Of a stretch of DNA of 20,000 nt, positions 1 through 8,092 are shown piece after piece. The stretch is taken from IMG/VR virus record IMGVR_UViG_3300038318_000302; one strand, written 5' to 3'. The notes beneath the pieces were generated by a model, which searched no databases, was not told the origin of the DNA, and saw only the letters and a list, made by a program, of their open reading frames with translations. A program made the translations under genes and the position numbers. Numbering within the stretch: position 1 is the first letter of the stretch; every line of letters starts with the position of its first letter. This DNA is from an uncultured virus (IMG/VR IMGVR_UViG_3300038318_000302). Its lineage: Duplodnaviria; Heunggongvirae; Uroviricota; Caudoviricetes.

Positions 1-229
1 CTTTCATGAAATATTTCATAGACATTAATCCTAGAGTTGTTTTTCCACTACGACTTTTGCCTGCTATTTCAATAATACCTGTTGGCAATCCAAAGGTATG
101 AAGATTATAATCTAAAGTTGGACTTCCTGTATAAGCCCAACTATTAACTTCTTTAAATCCATCCTTATCTGAAAACTTAATAACATCTTCATTATTAAAT
201 TTCTTTACAATATTATCTATTATGCTCAT
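1..229 (-). CDS. recA: RecA/UvsX-family recombinase, N-terminal part (runs off the window)
   Basis: Manual translation from ATG at 229 (not in ORF track): MSIIDNIVKKF...WAYTGSPTLDYNLHTFGLPTGIIEIAGKSRSGKTTLGL. This matches the RecA TGSxxLD...GLPxG.I.EI.G...SGKTTL Walker A region. It follows gp32-like and UvsY-like genes. Confidence 0.9.
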   Translation of the reverse strand, partial: MSIIDNIVKKFNNEDVIKFSDKDGFKEVNSWAYTGSPTLDYNLHTFGLPTGIIEIAGKSRSGKTTLGLMSMKYFMK

Positions 230-239
230 TTCTTAGAAT

Positions 240-275
240 AAAAGGAATCTATAAAGAAAATTCTCTATAGATTCC
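240..275 (-). terminator. Stem-loop with short U tract between SSB and recA (terminator or attenuator)
   Basis: Inverted repeat GGAATCTATA (244-253) / TATAGATTCC (266-275), followed by TTTT on the minus strand. Confidence 0.55.
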
Positions 276-284
276 AAGTTAAGA

Positions 285-1517
285 TCAATTATTCTTCAAT
301 TTTTTACGAATTTGTTCCAATGTTAATTTCCCTCCGCTTTTCTCTTCAGAATCATCATTTTCTTCCTCTTCCTCGTCTTCAGGATCTTCTTCATTTTTAG
401 AATCTGTTACTTCTCTTATCTTATCACGAATATCATCATCTGTCATAGATTTCTTTACATGAACATCTAAATTTTTCATATGGATATAATGTTTTAATTC
501 TGTTCTATCCATATCATCAAATTTATCTGTTTCTTTAGAATCCTCTTCCTCTTCCTCTTCTGAATCCTTAGAAGTATCTTCCTCCTCATCTTCCTTAGAA
601 TCCTCTTCCTCTTCTTTTTCTGCTTTTTTAACAGAATGTTTTTTAGAAGATTTCTTTTCTTCGGAATCATCAGAATCATATTGAGCCTTAACATCCTCTA
701 CCTTTTCTAACCAAGTATCATCATCAAAAAGTCCCATGTCATTTTCTTCATCAAAATTCTGCAATCCCTCTAATGCATGAGTAAAATCTTTTATTCCATA
801 CTTTCCTATGATCTCAGTAAGAGGTTTCTGATCAATAAATTCTTCAAGCTCTTTATCAGTTAAGGGACGTGAAATAGGCTTTTTGGCAAATGATACTTCA
901 TAATAATTCTCTCCCTTCTTTTTATTAGGATTTTTCATATATTTTACCAATATTGGCAATCCTTCATCAGGGTCGGTAAATGGATCAGTAGTAATAACAT
1001 CATCCTCATCTTCATTAAAGGTTAACTTATTCATGCCATCCCGAACCATCTTTTTAAATTCCCACAATTTAGCCTTTAATGGTTCATCTTGATGAACCTT
1101 ATCCGCATAACATAACCAACTATATTGAGGATTCAAAGAATTTTTATTAACTCCAGTTCCAACAAGAGCATCCATCTTTTCTTGATCATTTGCGTATTTT
1201 TTCTTAGCAAATTTTACATATTCATCGACAATATCCATTTTAGTACCGCCATGAACACGACTATCATTTACTCGACCACGATAAGTACCACCATCACTAC
1301 CATTAAAGGTTAACCAATAAGCCTTTCTGTGAACATAGAAGGAATCTTCTCCAGGATGAGCCGGAAAGATTCTTATCTTTATAGTCTTACCATCTTCTAA
1401 TGATAAATAGTCATTAGAATTTGCACCAAGCATAGAATCATCTTCGTCAATTGATTTCTTTAAACTTTTGATTGAAGTTGCCTTAAATTGACTTCTAAAA
1501 TTACTTACATCTTTCAT
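285..1517 (-). CDS. Phage single-stranded DNA-binding protein (T4 gp32-like) with long acidic tail
   Basis: N-terminal core has IRIFPAHPGEDSFY, WLCYA, LWEF and DPFTDPDEG, as in gp32-like SSBs. The C-terminal third is D/E-rich. It lies between UvsY-like and recA genes. Confidence 0.75.
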   Translation of the reverse strand: MKDVSNFRSQFKATSIKSLKKSIDEDDSMLGANSNDYLSLEDGKTIKIRIFPAHPGEDSFYVHRKAYWLTFNGSDGGTYRGRVNDSRVHGGTKMDIVDEYVKFAKKKYANDQEKMDALVGTGVNKNSLNPQYSWLCYADKVHQDEPLKAKLWEFKKMVRDGMNKLTFNEDEDDVITTDPFTDPDEGLPILVKYMKNPNKKKGENYYEVSFAKKPISRPLTDKELEEFIDQKPLTEIIGKYGIKDFTHALEGLQNFDEENDMGLFDDDTWLEKVEDVKAQYDSDDSEEKKSSKKHSVKKAEKEEEEDSKEDEEEDTSKDSEEEEEEDSKETDKFDDMDRTELKHYIHMKNLDVHVKKSMTDDDIRDKIREVTDSKNEEDPEDEEEEENDDSEEKSGGKLTLEQIRKKLKNN

Positions 1518-1529
1518 TTTTAAAAAATT

Positions 1530-2048
1530 TTAATCAATTAATTTTTTATCTTTCTTTATCAATATATTATTTATTTTTCCCTCTAATATATCATCAGGTA
1601 TATCATTATTCTGAATAGTTAAGGACAACTTATTTAATTTTTCAGATTTATCTTTAGCTGACCAAAATACACTATTCATATAATCTCTTATCTTTTGAAC
1701 CTCTATTAATCTCTTTCTAAGAGCTTGAAATCCCCTATCTTGTAATACCGCTGATGATAAGGCATCTACAGTAGGATTCTTTCCTTTGTTCTGTTCTGTC
1801 AACTTTAATCTAATCTTCTCCTTTATTTTTGCTTCATATACATCAATATTTAATTTAAGTTCTGAAACTTGACTTTCAGCATCCGCTAAGAGCAATCCAA
1901 ATCTATTAACTATGATAGGAAAGGTTATTAATTCTCCTATTATATTCGAATAATCAATCTTTAAAAGATCATCAATATTTATATCATCAAACTCTTCGTA
2001 TGATAATCTATAGATATTATCTCCAATGCTTATTTTTTTTACTGACAT
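1530..2048 (-). CDS. Probable UvsY-like recombination mediator
   Basis: 172 aa helical/coiled-coil protein (LKIDYSNIIGEL ... KNPTVDALSSAVLQD ... SAKDKSEKL) next to SSB and recA. Confidence 0.55.
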   Translation of the reverse strand: MSVKKISIGDNIYRLSYEEFDDINIDDLLKIDYSNIIGELITFPIIVNRFGLLLADAESQVSELKLNIDVYEAKIKEKIRLKLTEQNKGKNPTVDALSSAVLQDRGFQALRKRLIEVQKIRDYMNSVFWSAKDKSEKLNKLSLTIQNNDIPDDILEGKINNILIKKDKKLID

Positions 2049-2051
2049 AAT

Positions 2052-2429
2052 TTATGATTTTGGTTCATGAATATCTATTTCTCCACATTTAATCCTTCTT
2101 ACAACTTCAAACATCGCATAATGACACATCTTAAACAAATCTATTGCCAAATAACTTTTAGGTTTACCAGAAGTTATATATCTTTGAAGATATCTCGCTA
2201 TTTGATAAGTATTTACAAATTTTCCACCTTCTTTATCATAAAGCATTGCTTTTGTATCAACTCCCTTTGATATTCCCCTTGCATATTTATCAGAATATGT
2301 TCCATTAATATGCTTTATCAACATAGATATAGCCTTTGCCATATCTGGTTCATTACGCTCTATATTAGAAAACTCTTCTAAGACTTTTTTAGAAAGCTCT
2401 TCTTTCTCTAAATTATTTTGACTCATCAC
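2052..2429 (-). CDS. DUF3310-like small helical protein (nucleotide-metabolism associated)
   Basis: HINGTYSDKY ... IARYLQRY ... DLFKMCHYAMF resembles the YIxxTYxxHY...KYxxRY...DLxKxxHYA pattern of DUF3310-type phage proteins. Confidence 0.55.
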   Translation of the reverse strand: MMSQNNLEKEELSKKVLEEFSNIERNEPDMAKAISMLIKHINGTYSDKYARGISKGVDTKAMLYDKEGGKFVNTYQIARYLQRYITSGKPKSYLAIDLFKMCHYAMFEVVRRIKCGEIDIHEPKS

Positions 2430-3078
2430 TATTATATTTATAATTTATTAAATAATTTAATGTCTTATAATTTATACAAATTCCTCCTAATAAAAGAGAA
2501 CTAAACATATTATTTACTTTTAATGCTGCCTTATTCAAGTTCATAACGCAATAATCACATATCTTTAAAAAATTCTTATTTCCTAACAAAATTTCTTCTT
2601 CACAATAAAACTCCATCGCTAACCAATCACATAATTTAACAACAGATTTTATATTACTATTATTACATTCTATATTTTTAATAACCAATTTAGAATTTTC
2701 ATCTTCATCATTGAATTCTTTTATTGCTAAATGATGTGACAAAGAATCTAATTCTTTCCGTAGTGCATTTCCATTCCAATCATTATACTTTGTCTCATGA
2801 GATATATCCCTAAGAAGTAAAGATTCATCCCAATCATGAAATAAAGCATAAGTAGTACAATCTAATATAAATTTATCTACAAATAATTGTACCTTATCAT
2901 CAATTTCATCTTTATTAATTACTACTATTGTATTATCTAATAGTAACCTTGTAAAAATAGCTACTTTATACGAGTGCTGAGAAACACTTTCTTTCTTAAA
3001 AACATCTTTTTCACTCCACTGCTTAATGTTATCAAGCCTTTTTAAATACTCTCCTTTAAAAATTTTTTCAAAAATCAT
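2413..3078 (-). CDS. HD-domain nucleotide phosphohydrolase (YfbR/DatZ-like)
   Basis: LKRLDNIKQW ... ESVSQHSY ... ALFHDWDE ... DI ... VVKLCD gives the H...HD...D arrangement of the YfbR family. Confidence 0.85.
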   Translation of the reverse strand: MIFEKIFKGEYLKRLDNIKQWSEKDVFKKESVSQHSYKVAIFTRLLLDNTIVVINKDEIDDKVQLFVDKFILDCTTYALFHDWDESLLLRDISHETKYNDWNGNALRKELDSLSHHLAIKEFNDEDENSKLVIKNIECNNSNIKSVVKLCDWLAMEFYCEEEILLGNKNFLKICDYCVMNLNKAALKVNNMFSSLLLGGICINYKTLNYLINYKYNSDESK

Positions 3079-3084
3079 AATAAT

Positions 3085-5115
3085 CTATTTTATTAAAACA
3101 TACAATTTTGTATTACTATCTGAATAAAGTCTCTTTTCATTACGAAACTTATCCTTTTTTACAATTCCACTAATAGCTATAACAGAACCTTTTAATTCCT
3201 CAATATCTTCCGTCATTCTTTCTAAGCAATCTGGCCATATTACTATAGATATAATTGTGTTATTACAATCTATCTGCAAACTCGCCATCTTGCCATTCTT
3301 TATATCTCTTTCATTATAATAGATAACCTTTCCGGCTACTACAACTTTCTTTCCTTCCTTTACTCTACTGAATTCATTATTATCTACATATAATTTAGCA
3401 AATAATTTATTAGGAATAAGATTTTCGATATAATTCTCATAATCTACTTCTCCGAATCCTGTTAACTTCTTCTGTTCCATTATCCAGAAAGCGTTTGTCA
3501 TACTATCACTTCCGCAATATTGCTCAGGAAGTTCTTTTTCTCCTCTTATATCTATTAAATACTTTGAAAGTATTTTTTTTCTATCTTTTATTACGCTTAT
3601 ATCCTCAATAAGATCAAAAGCTCCAGATATTATCAAAGCCTTAACAACCGTCTTATTTACCTTTGAAGGAACTCTACTTAAAAATTCTTCAAGATTGAAA
3701 AACTTTCCTCCTTCTTTTCTCGTCTGTAAGATTAAGTCTACTGCTTTTTCTCCACAATGCTTAATTTTTAGCAAACTAAAGAATATACGATTATCTTCTT
3801 TATTACAAGTAAAATTCTTATCAGAATAATTAATATCTGGCGGACGTACTTCAATATCAGAATCAGTTTTCTTCATTTCCGCCAATCGATACGGAATGTC
3901 TTCTTCCTTAGCATATTGAAGAGATGTGGTCCAAAACTCTAGTGGATAATTGACTTTGAACCATTGAGACCAATAAGACATTACAGAATAAGCTGCGGCA
4001 TGAGACTTATTAAAAGAATAACCAGAAAAGGCATTCATCTTTTTCCAAATCTTATCTGCTTCATCTGAAGGGCAACCGTTTCTTATTGCTCCCTCTTTAA
4101 ATCGGTCTCCTAAAGCATTTAATTCTTTATGTTTTTTCTTCTTAATATATTTCCTAGCATTCTCAGCTTCAATAAGACTTAGTCCTCCTAATTGGTGGAT
4201 TATTGACATCATTTGTTCCTGATAAACTAGCAAAGAATAAGTTTCCTCCGTTATATTTTTTATGCCATAATCATATTTAGGTTTTTTCTTTCCATTCTTT
4301 ATAGCGGCATAATCAAGATGTGCACCACTATCCATTGGACCAGGTCTAAATAAAGCCGTCATTGCTATTAAATCTGAAAGTTCTGTAGGCTTAACTTGTT
4401 TACAATAATTCATCAATCCTACTGTTCCAAACTGAAAAACATCTTCACACCATCCCCTCTGAAAATATTTAAAAACTTCCTGATCATCAAACTTAATTTT
4501 ATTAACATCTAATACTTTAGATGTATTTTTCTTTATAAGATTTAATATATCATGAAACTTACTTAATTGAGAAAGTCCTAATACATCCTCTTTCAAAAAG
4601 AGAGCTGATTCTGTATATTTACCCTCCCACTCTGATACTAATAAACCGTTTATCTTCTTTATTGGCATCAAATTGAATAAATTAGTCTTCTCTCCTTTTG
4701 AATTCTCTTTTGGAACAATTATTACAGCTGAAGGATGAACGCTCTCTGCCTTTGGAACATTTAAGGCATATTTCGTCATATGAACTATATCTGGATTATC
4801 TTGAACAAAATTATATAATTGTTTAGATTTTGTAGCATAAGATATAAAGTCTGTAAACGTATAATCTACTTGATCATCTATGTCTTTTGTTAACTTATTA
4901 ACGGTTGCAAAAGGGATGCCCTTAATCTTGGAAAAGTCCTTTATACAAGTCTTAAGTTTCATTCTCGTATAAGTTCCTACGGAACAAGAATAAGCATAAC
5001 CATATTTTTTCTTAATATAATCTTTAACTAAATCTCTACCATATGGTTCCCAATCTAAGTCCACATCAGGTAAATCAGTGAAAAATTTAGTTATATTTAC
5101 ATCCTTAACTCTCAT
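3085..5115 (-). CDS. dnaE: Family C DNA polymerase (DnaE-type), C-terminal subunit with catalytic palm, fingers, HhH and OB domains
   Basis: Motifs LPDVDLD, HPSAVII, KEDVLGL, VFQF, ALFRPGPM, LVYQEQMM, GYSFNKSHAAAYS, PPDIN, and a C-terminal OB-like region. Confidence 0.95.
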   Translation of the reverse strand: MRVKDVNITKFFTDLPDVDLDWEPYGRDLVKDYIKKKYGYAYSCSVGTYTRMKLKTCIKDFSKIKGIPFATVNKLTKDIDDQVDYTFTDFISYATKSKQLYNFVQDNPDIVHMTKYALNVPKAESVHPSAVIIVPKENSKGEKTNLFNLMPIKKINGLLVSEWEGKYTESALFLKEDVLGLSQLSKFHDILNLIKKNTSKVLDVNKIKFDDQEVFKYFQRGWCEDVFQFGTVGLMNYCKQVKPTELSDLIAMTALFRPGPMDSGAHLDYAAIKNGKKKPKYDYGIKNITEETYSLLVYQEQMMSIIHQLGGLSLIEAENARKYIKKKKHKELNALGDRFKEGAIRNGCPSDEADKIWKKMNAFSGYSFNKSHAAAYSVMSYWSQWFKVNYPLEFWTTSLQYAKEEDIPYRLAEMKKTDSDIEVRPPDINYSDKNFTCNKEDNRIFFSLLKIKHCGEKAVDLILQTRKEGGKFFNLEEFLSRVPSKVNKTVVKALIISGAFDLIEDISVIKDRKKILSKYLIDIRGEKELPEQYCGSDSMTNAFWIMEQKKLTGFGEVDYENYIENLIPNKLFAKLYVDNNEFSRVKEGKKVVVAGKVIYYNERDIKNGKMASLQIDCNNTIISIVIWPDCLERMTEDIEELKGSVIAISGIVKKDKFRNEKRLYSDSNTKLYVLIK

Positions 5116-6770
5116 TTCTTAATCCTATTAATATCAATATCTAAATTATTCCAATTTGTATCTTTATCTACATATATTCCATTTCCTCCTACTAATGGAA
5201 CATAATCACCATCTCTAAATGTTATATTCTTACCATCAATCATTTTTAAGTGATAAGCATTATGAGCTGAAACTCTACTTGCATTCAAAAAACGTTCAAA
5301 GTATAAATGATAAGGTATTGGATCTATCTGTGTTATATCTAGACAATATGCTACTAAACTTCCACAAGCAGAACCACGACCAGGACCAATCATTATTCCT
5401 TGATTTTTACTCCAATTAATAATATCTACAAGAATCAAAAAATATGAACAAAGATCATTAGGAACAATAAGATTGCATTCCAACTGTATTCTTTTCATAT
5501 ATTCATCCATATTATCAACTTTTCCAACTAATTTTTTTTGTATTCCCTTTTCGAGAAGATCAAAAAATAACCCTTCAGGATCTTTTACTTCAAACTTAGG
5601 AATTTTTCTTTCCGATGTATCTATTGTAAAATTACAACATTTTGATAATTTAACAGTATTATTAGCTCCTTCTATAATTATATTTAATAACGCTGAAGTA
5701 TCATCTAACCATTCATCATAAGATTTTAAGGTATCTCCTAAACTTTTAAAATATTGATTTTCTGACTCCGGATTTACAACACCGCTATCTTTATTTAAAT
5801 AAGATTTAAGCTCATGTTCTTCTTCGTCTAAATAATAACTATCATTTATCAAGATGGGTTTAACCTTATCTTTATATAGGCATATATACTTATCTATATT
5901 AGATAAGTGCTCCTTAAAAAGTTGATTAGACACATATTCAACCGTATCTATTTGATAATATACTTTTTCAAAACTTCTCCTATATTTTTTTATTAAATTA
6001 AAAATATATTCTTTATCATTGATATAATAATTAAATTCGCTTTCTTTGGGAATTACTATACATAGTCCTTTTCCTAATTCATAAAGTTCGTTATCTGGAA
6101 TAAATTTATCATAATCTACATTAATCTTTTTAGATATTAAGAGAAGATTCTTCCATCCTATCTCATTCAAACAATAAAGTTTTACATCGAACGTTTCTTG
6201 TAATTCTTTATCCTTTTTATAGTTTATTGCAACAGTAACTGTTTCTCCTATAATAGGCTTAATTCCGAATTTCTGACAAGCAAACTGAAAACTGAGAGTT
6301 TCTGCTAATACATTCTTATCACAAACTCCTAGAGTTTTCATTCCTAAAAATTTAGCCTTTTTTGCCCACAATTCACACGAACTACTTCCATTCATCAACT
6401 CGTATTCATCGTGTACTCCTAAATGAACAAAGTCAGCTATATGCTCTTCAGAAGATTTTCCTAGATATTTAAAATCATTAAATTCCGGTTTATAAATAAT
6501 TTCATTATAATTGTTTTTGTCTTTTTTTAATGGAGAATAATAATATTTTCCGCCGAATTCAAATAGAATATAATTAACTTTTCCTTCATCCAATAAATCA
6601 AACTCTTCATCTGATAAGATAAAAGAAAAATCTTCATCTATAACATTTCCATCAAATGAATGAAGATATAGAAAATTACCTACGTCGTCAATACTAACAA
6701 TATCAGAATCAGATATTTTAGATTCCGATATTGCTAATTTGTTTATTTTACACCAATCTTCTAATAACAT
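5112..6770 (-). CDS. dnaE: Family C DNA polymerase (DnaE-type), N-terminal subunit with ~110 aa extension, PHP domain and start of palm
   Basis: Motifs FVHLGVHDEYELMNG, KPIIGE, NEIGWKNLL, YFLILVDII, GPGRGSACGSLVAYCLDITQIDPI, LYFERFLN. The stop overlaps the next start (ATGA). Confidence 0.95.
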   Translation of the reverse strand: MLLEDWCKINKLAISESKISDSDIVSIDDVGNFLYLHSFDGNVIDEDFSFILSDEEFDLLDEGKVNYILFEFGGKYYYSPLKKDKNNYNEIIYKPEFNDFKYLGKSSEEHIADFVHLGVHDEYELMNGSSSCELWAKKAKFLGMKTLGVCDKNVLAETLSFQFACQKFGIKPIIGETVTVAINYKKDKELQETFDVKLYCLNEIGWKNLLLISKKINVDYDKFIPDNELYELGKGLCIVIPKESEFNYYINDKEYIFNLIKKYRRSFEKVYYQIDTVEYVSNQLFKEHLSNIDKYICLYKDKVKPILINDSYYLDEEEHELKSYLNKDSGVVNPESENQYFKSLGDTLKSYDEWLDDTSALLNIIIEGANNTVKLSKCCNFTIDTSERKIPKFEVKDPEGLFFDLLEKGIQKKLVGKVDNMDEYMKRIQLECNLIVPNDLCSYFLILVDIINWSKNQGIMIGPGRGSACGSLVAYCLDITQIDPIPYHLYFERFLNASRVSAHNAYHLKMIDGKNITFRDGDYVPLVGGNGIYVDKDTNWNNLDIDINRIKK

Positions 6771-6773
6771 TAA

Positions 6774-7994
6774 TTATAAATTTCCTAGAATATTATCCTT
6801 ATATCCATCTATCTTTGTTGCAAAGAAATTTTTAGCTAACAAAGATACGTCCCAATAATCATCAACTTTAGAAGTTGAATTTATATCTTCTATTTTTCTC
6901 ATTGCAGTAGAAGCTTCATTAGTATGATCTTGCCCATTTTTATCTTTTATATCTTTTTTATATTCAATATAAACCTTTAAATACAAAAATATAACATATA
7001 AATAATTAGAAAAACCAGATAGCTCTTTTATCATATTAATATCATACTTATTCTGTAAAGCTATCGATGTAAGATTTTCTATTATGATATTCAAATAAAA
7101 ATCTATCTCTCTTAATCTATTTACTGGGACACCATGCTTAAATTTAAAATCTATCTTAAATTCTTTGGCTCCTAAGTGATATAATTCATTGTGTTTAAGA
7201 AGATTCACACTACTTACATTATCATAATCAAAATATTTTAACATTTTAGGAGCAATCTTATTCCAATCATAAATATGTAAAGATTGAGAATTATGAGTCT
7301 GTGAACCTAATTTTATTCCTAAACAAGCACTTATCATTTCAGAAATAAAAGAAAATTGGAAAACATTAGTAGGCAATCCCCAATGTAAATCATTGCTTCT
7401 ATTCTGAACTGTTGTAACTAATTTGTTATCTCTTATCTTTAACATAATAATATCATTACAAGGAATATCTTTAGTTGATGCTCCTAAGTCAAAGTCAGGA
7501 TTCCAAATAGACAAAACTACTCTACGAGTAGTAGGATCTTTAGAAAGCATTTTAATGGCATCTTCAATCTGATCATATCCTTGAGAAGCATGCATATTCT
7601 CTTCAACAAATTTATCTTCGGTATGAACACCCCAATGACGAAGCCTGAATCCATAAGGAGCATGAAAAACTTTCTTATCATCACTATATTCTATCATCTG
7701 CTTATTAAAGAAAGACAAAAATTGTGTGTCACAACGTCCTTCAAAAATCCACATAGCTTCTGCAAAAAGGAAGAAGGGATTCTCACATCTATGAAAACCT
7801 CCTACTAACCTTCTATATGGATTGCCTAACGAACTCTTAAAATTTAATAGTTCTTTTACCTTCCCTCCTCTACTATCTTTCCATTCGCATTTTTTTAATA
7901 TATACCAATTTAAAAACGGATAAAACTCTGAAAGATCGCCTGTAGCAACACCTAATTGTGGTACAACAACATGATTAAAATCGATATTACGCAT
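6774..7994 (-). CDS. Thymidylate-synthase-fold enzyme, probably dUMP hydroxymethyltransferase, with C-terminal extension
   Basis: Motifs SRGG, NPFFLFAEAMWIFEGR, APYGFRLR, DQI, DPTTRRVVLSIW, DIPCN (catalytic Cys), RSNDLHWGLPTNVFQF and SLHIY. The RSND..WG form resembles phage pyrimidine hydroxymethylases. Asn at the specificity position implies dUMP. Confidence 0.8.
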   Translation of the reverse strand: MRNIDFNHVVVPQLGVATGDLSEFYPFLNWYILKKCEWKDSRGGKVKELLNFKSSLGNPYRRLVGGFHRCENPFFLFAEAMWIFEGRCDTQFLSFFNKQMIEYSDDKKVFHAPYGFRLRHWGVHTEDKFVEENMHASQGYDQIEDAIKMLSKDPTTRRVVLSIWNPDFDLGASTKDIPCNDIIMLKIRDNKLVTTVQNRSNDLHWGLPTNVFQFSFISEMISACLGIKLGSQTHNSQSLHIYDWNKIAPKMLKYFDYDNVSSVNLLKHNELYHLGAKEFKIDFKFKHGVPVNRLREIDFYLNIIIENLTSIALQNKYDINMIKELSGFSNYLYVIFLYLKVYIEYKKDIKDKNGQDHTNEASTAMRKIEDINSTSKVDDYWDVSLLAKNFFATKIDGYKDNILGNL

Positions 7995-8033
7995 AAATTT
8001 AATTATTTATTAATTACCCTATAAATAACTTTG

Positions 8034-8070
8034 AAAAAAAATAAGGAAGTATATTTAAATACTTCCTTAT
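8034..8070 (-). terminator. Rho-independent terminator
   Basis: Perfect 12-bp inverted repeat ATAAGGAAGTAT / ATACTTCCTTAT (8041-8070), followed by a T run on the minus strand, just after the 8093 stop. Confidence 0.85.
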
Positions 8071-8092
8071 AATCAATAAATAAAGAAAATAA

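Noticed and set aside
2413..3078. Z-DNA (2-aminoadenine) pathway suggested by the DatZ-like HD protein
   Set aside because: No PurZ in the window, and the neighbouring enzyme points to pyrimidine modification. Cannot be excluded for the rest of the genome.
5060..5300. Functional split intein, self-splicing intron or programmed frameshift in dnaE
   Set aside because: There is no block A, TxxH or terminal HN+C/S/T. The insert is ~200 nt, AT-rich and fully coding, with no evident intron core. There is no X XXY YYZ slippery site before the TGA.
8020..8033. Plus-strand TATAAATA / TAACTTTG as a T4 late or antisense promoter
   Set aside because: Wrong strand for the adjacent genes, no TTTG at the expected spacing, and likely by chance in AT-rich DNA.
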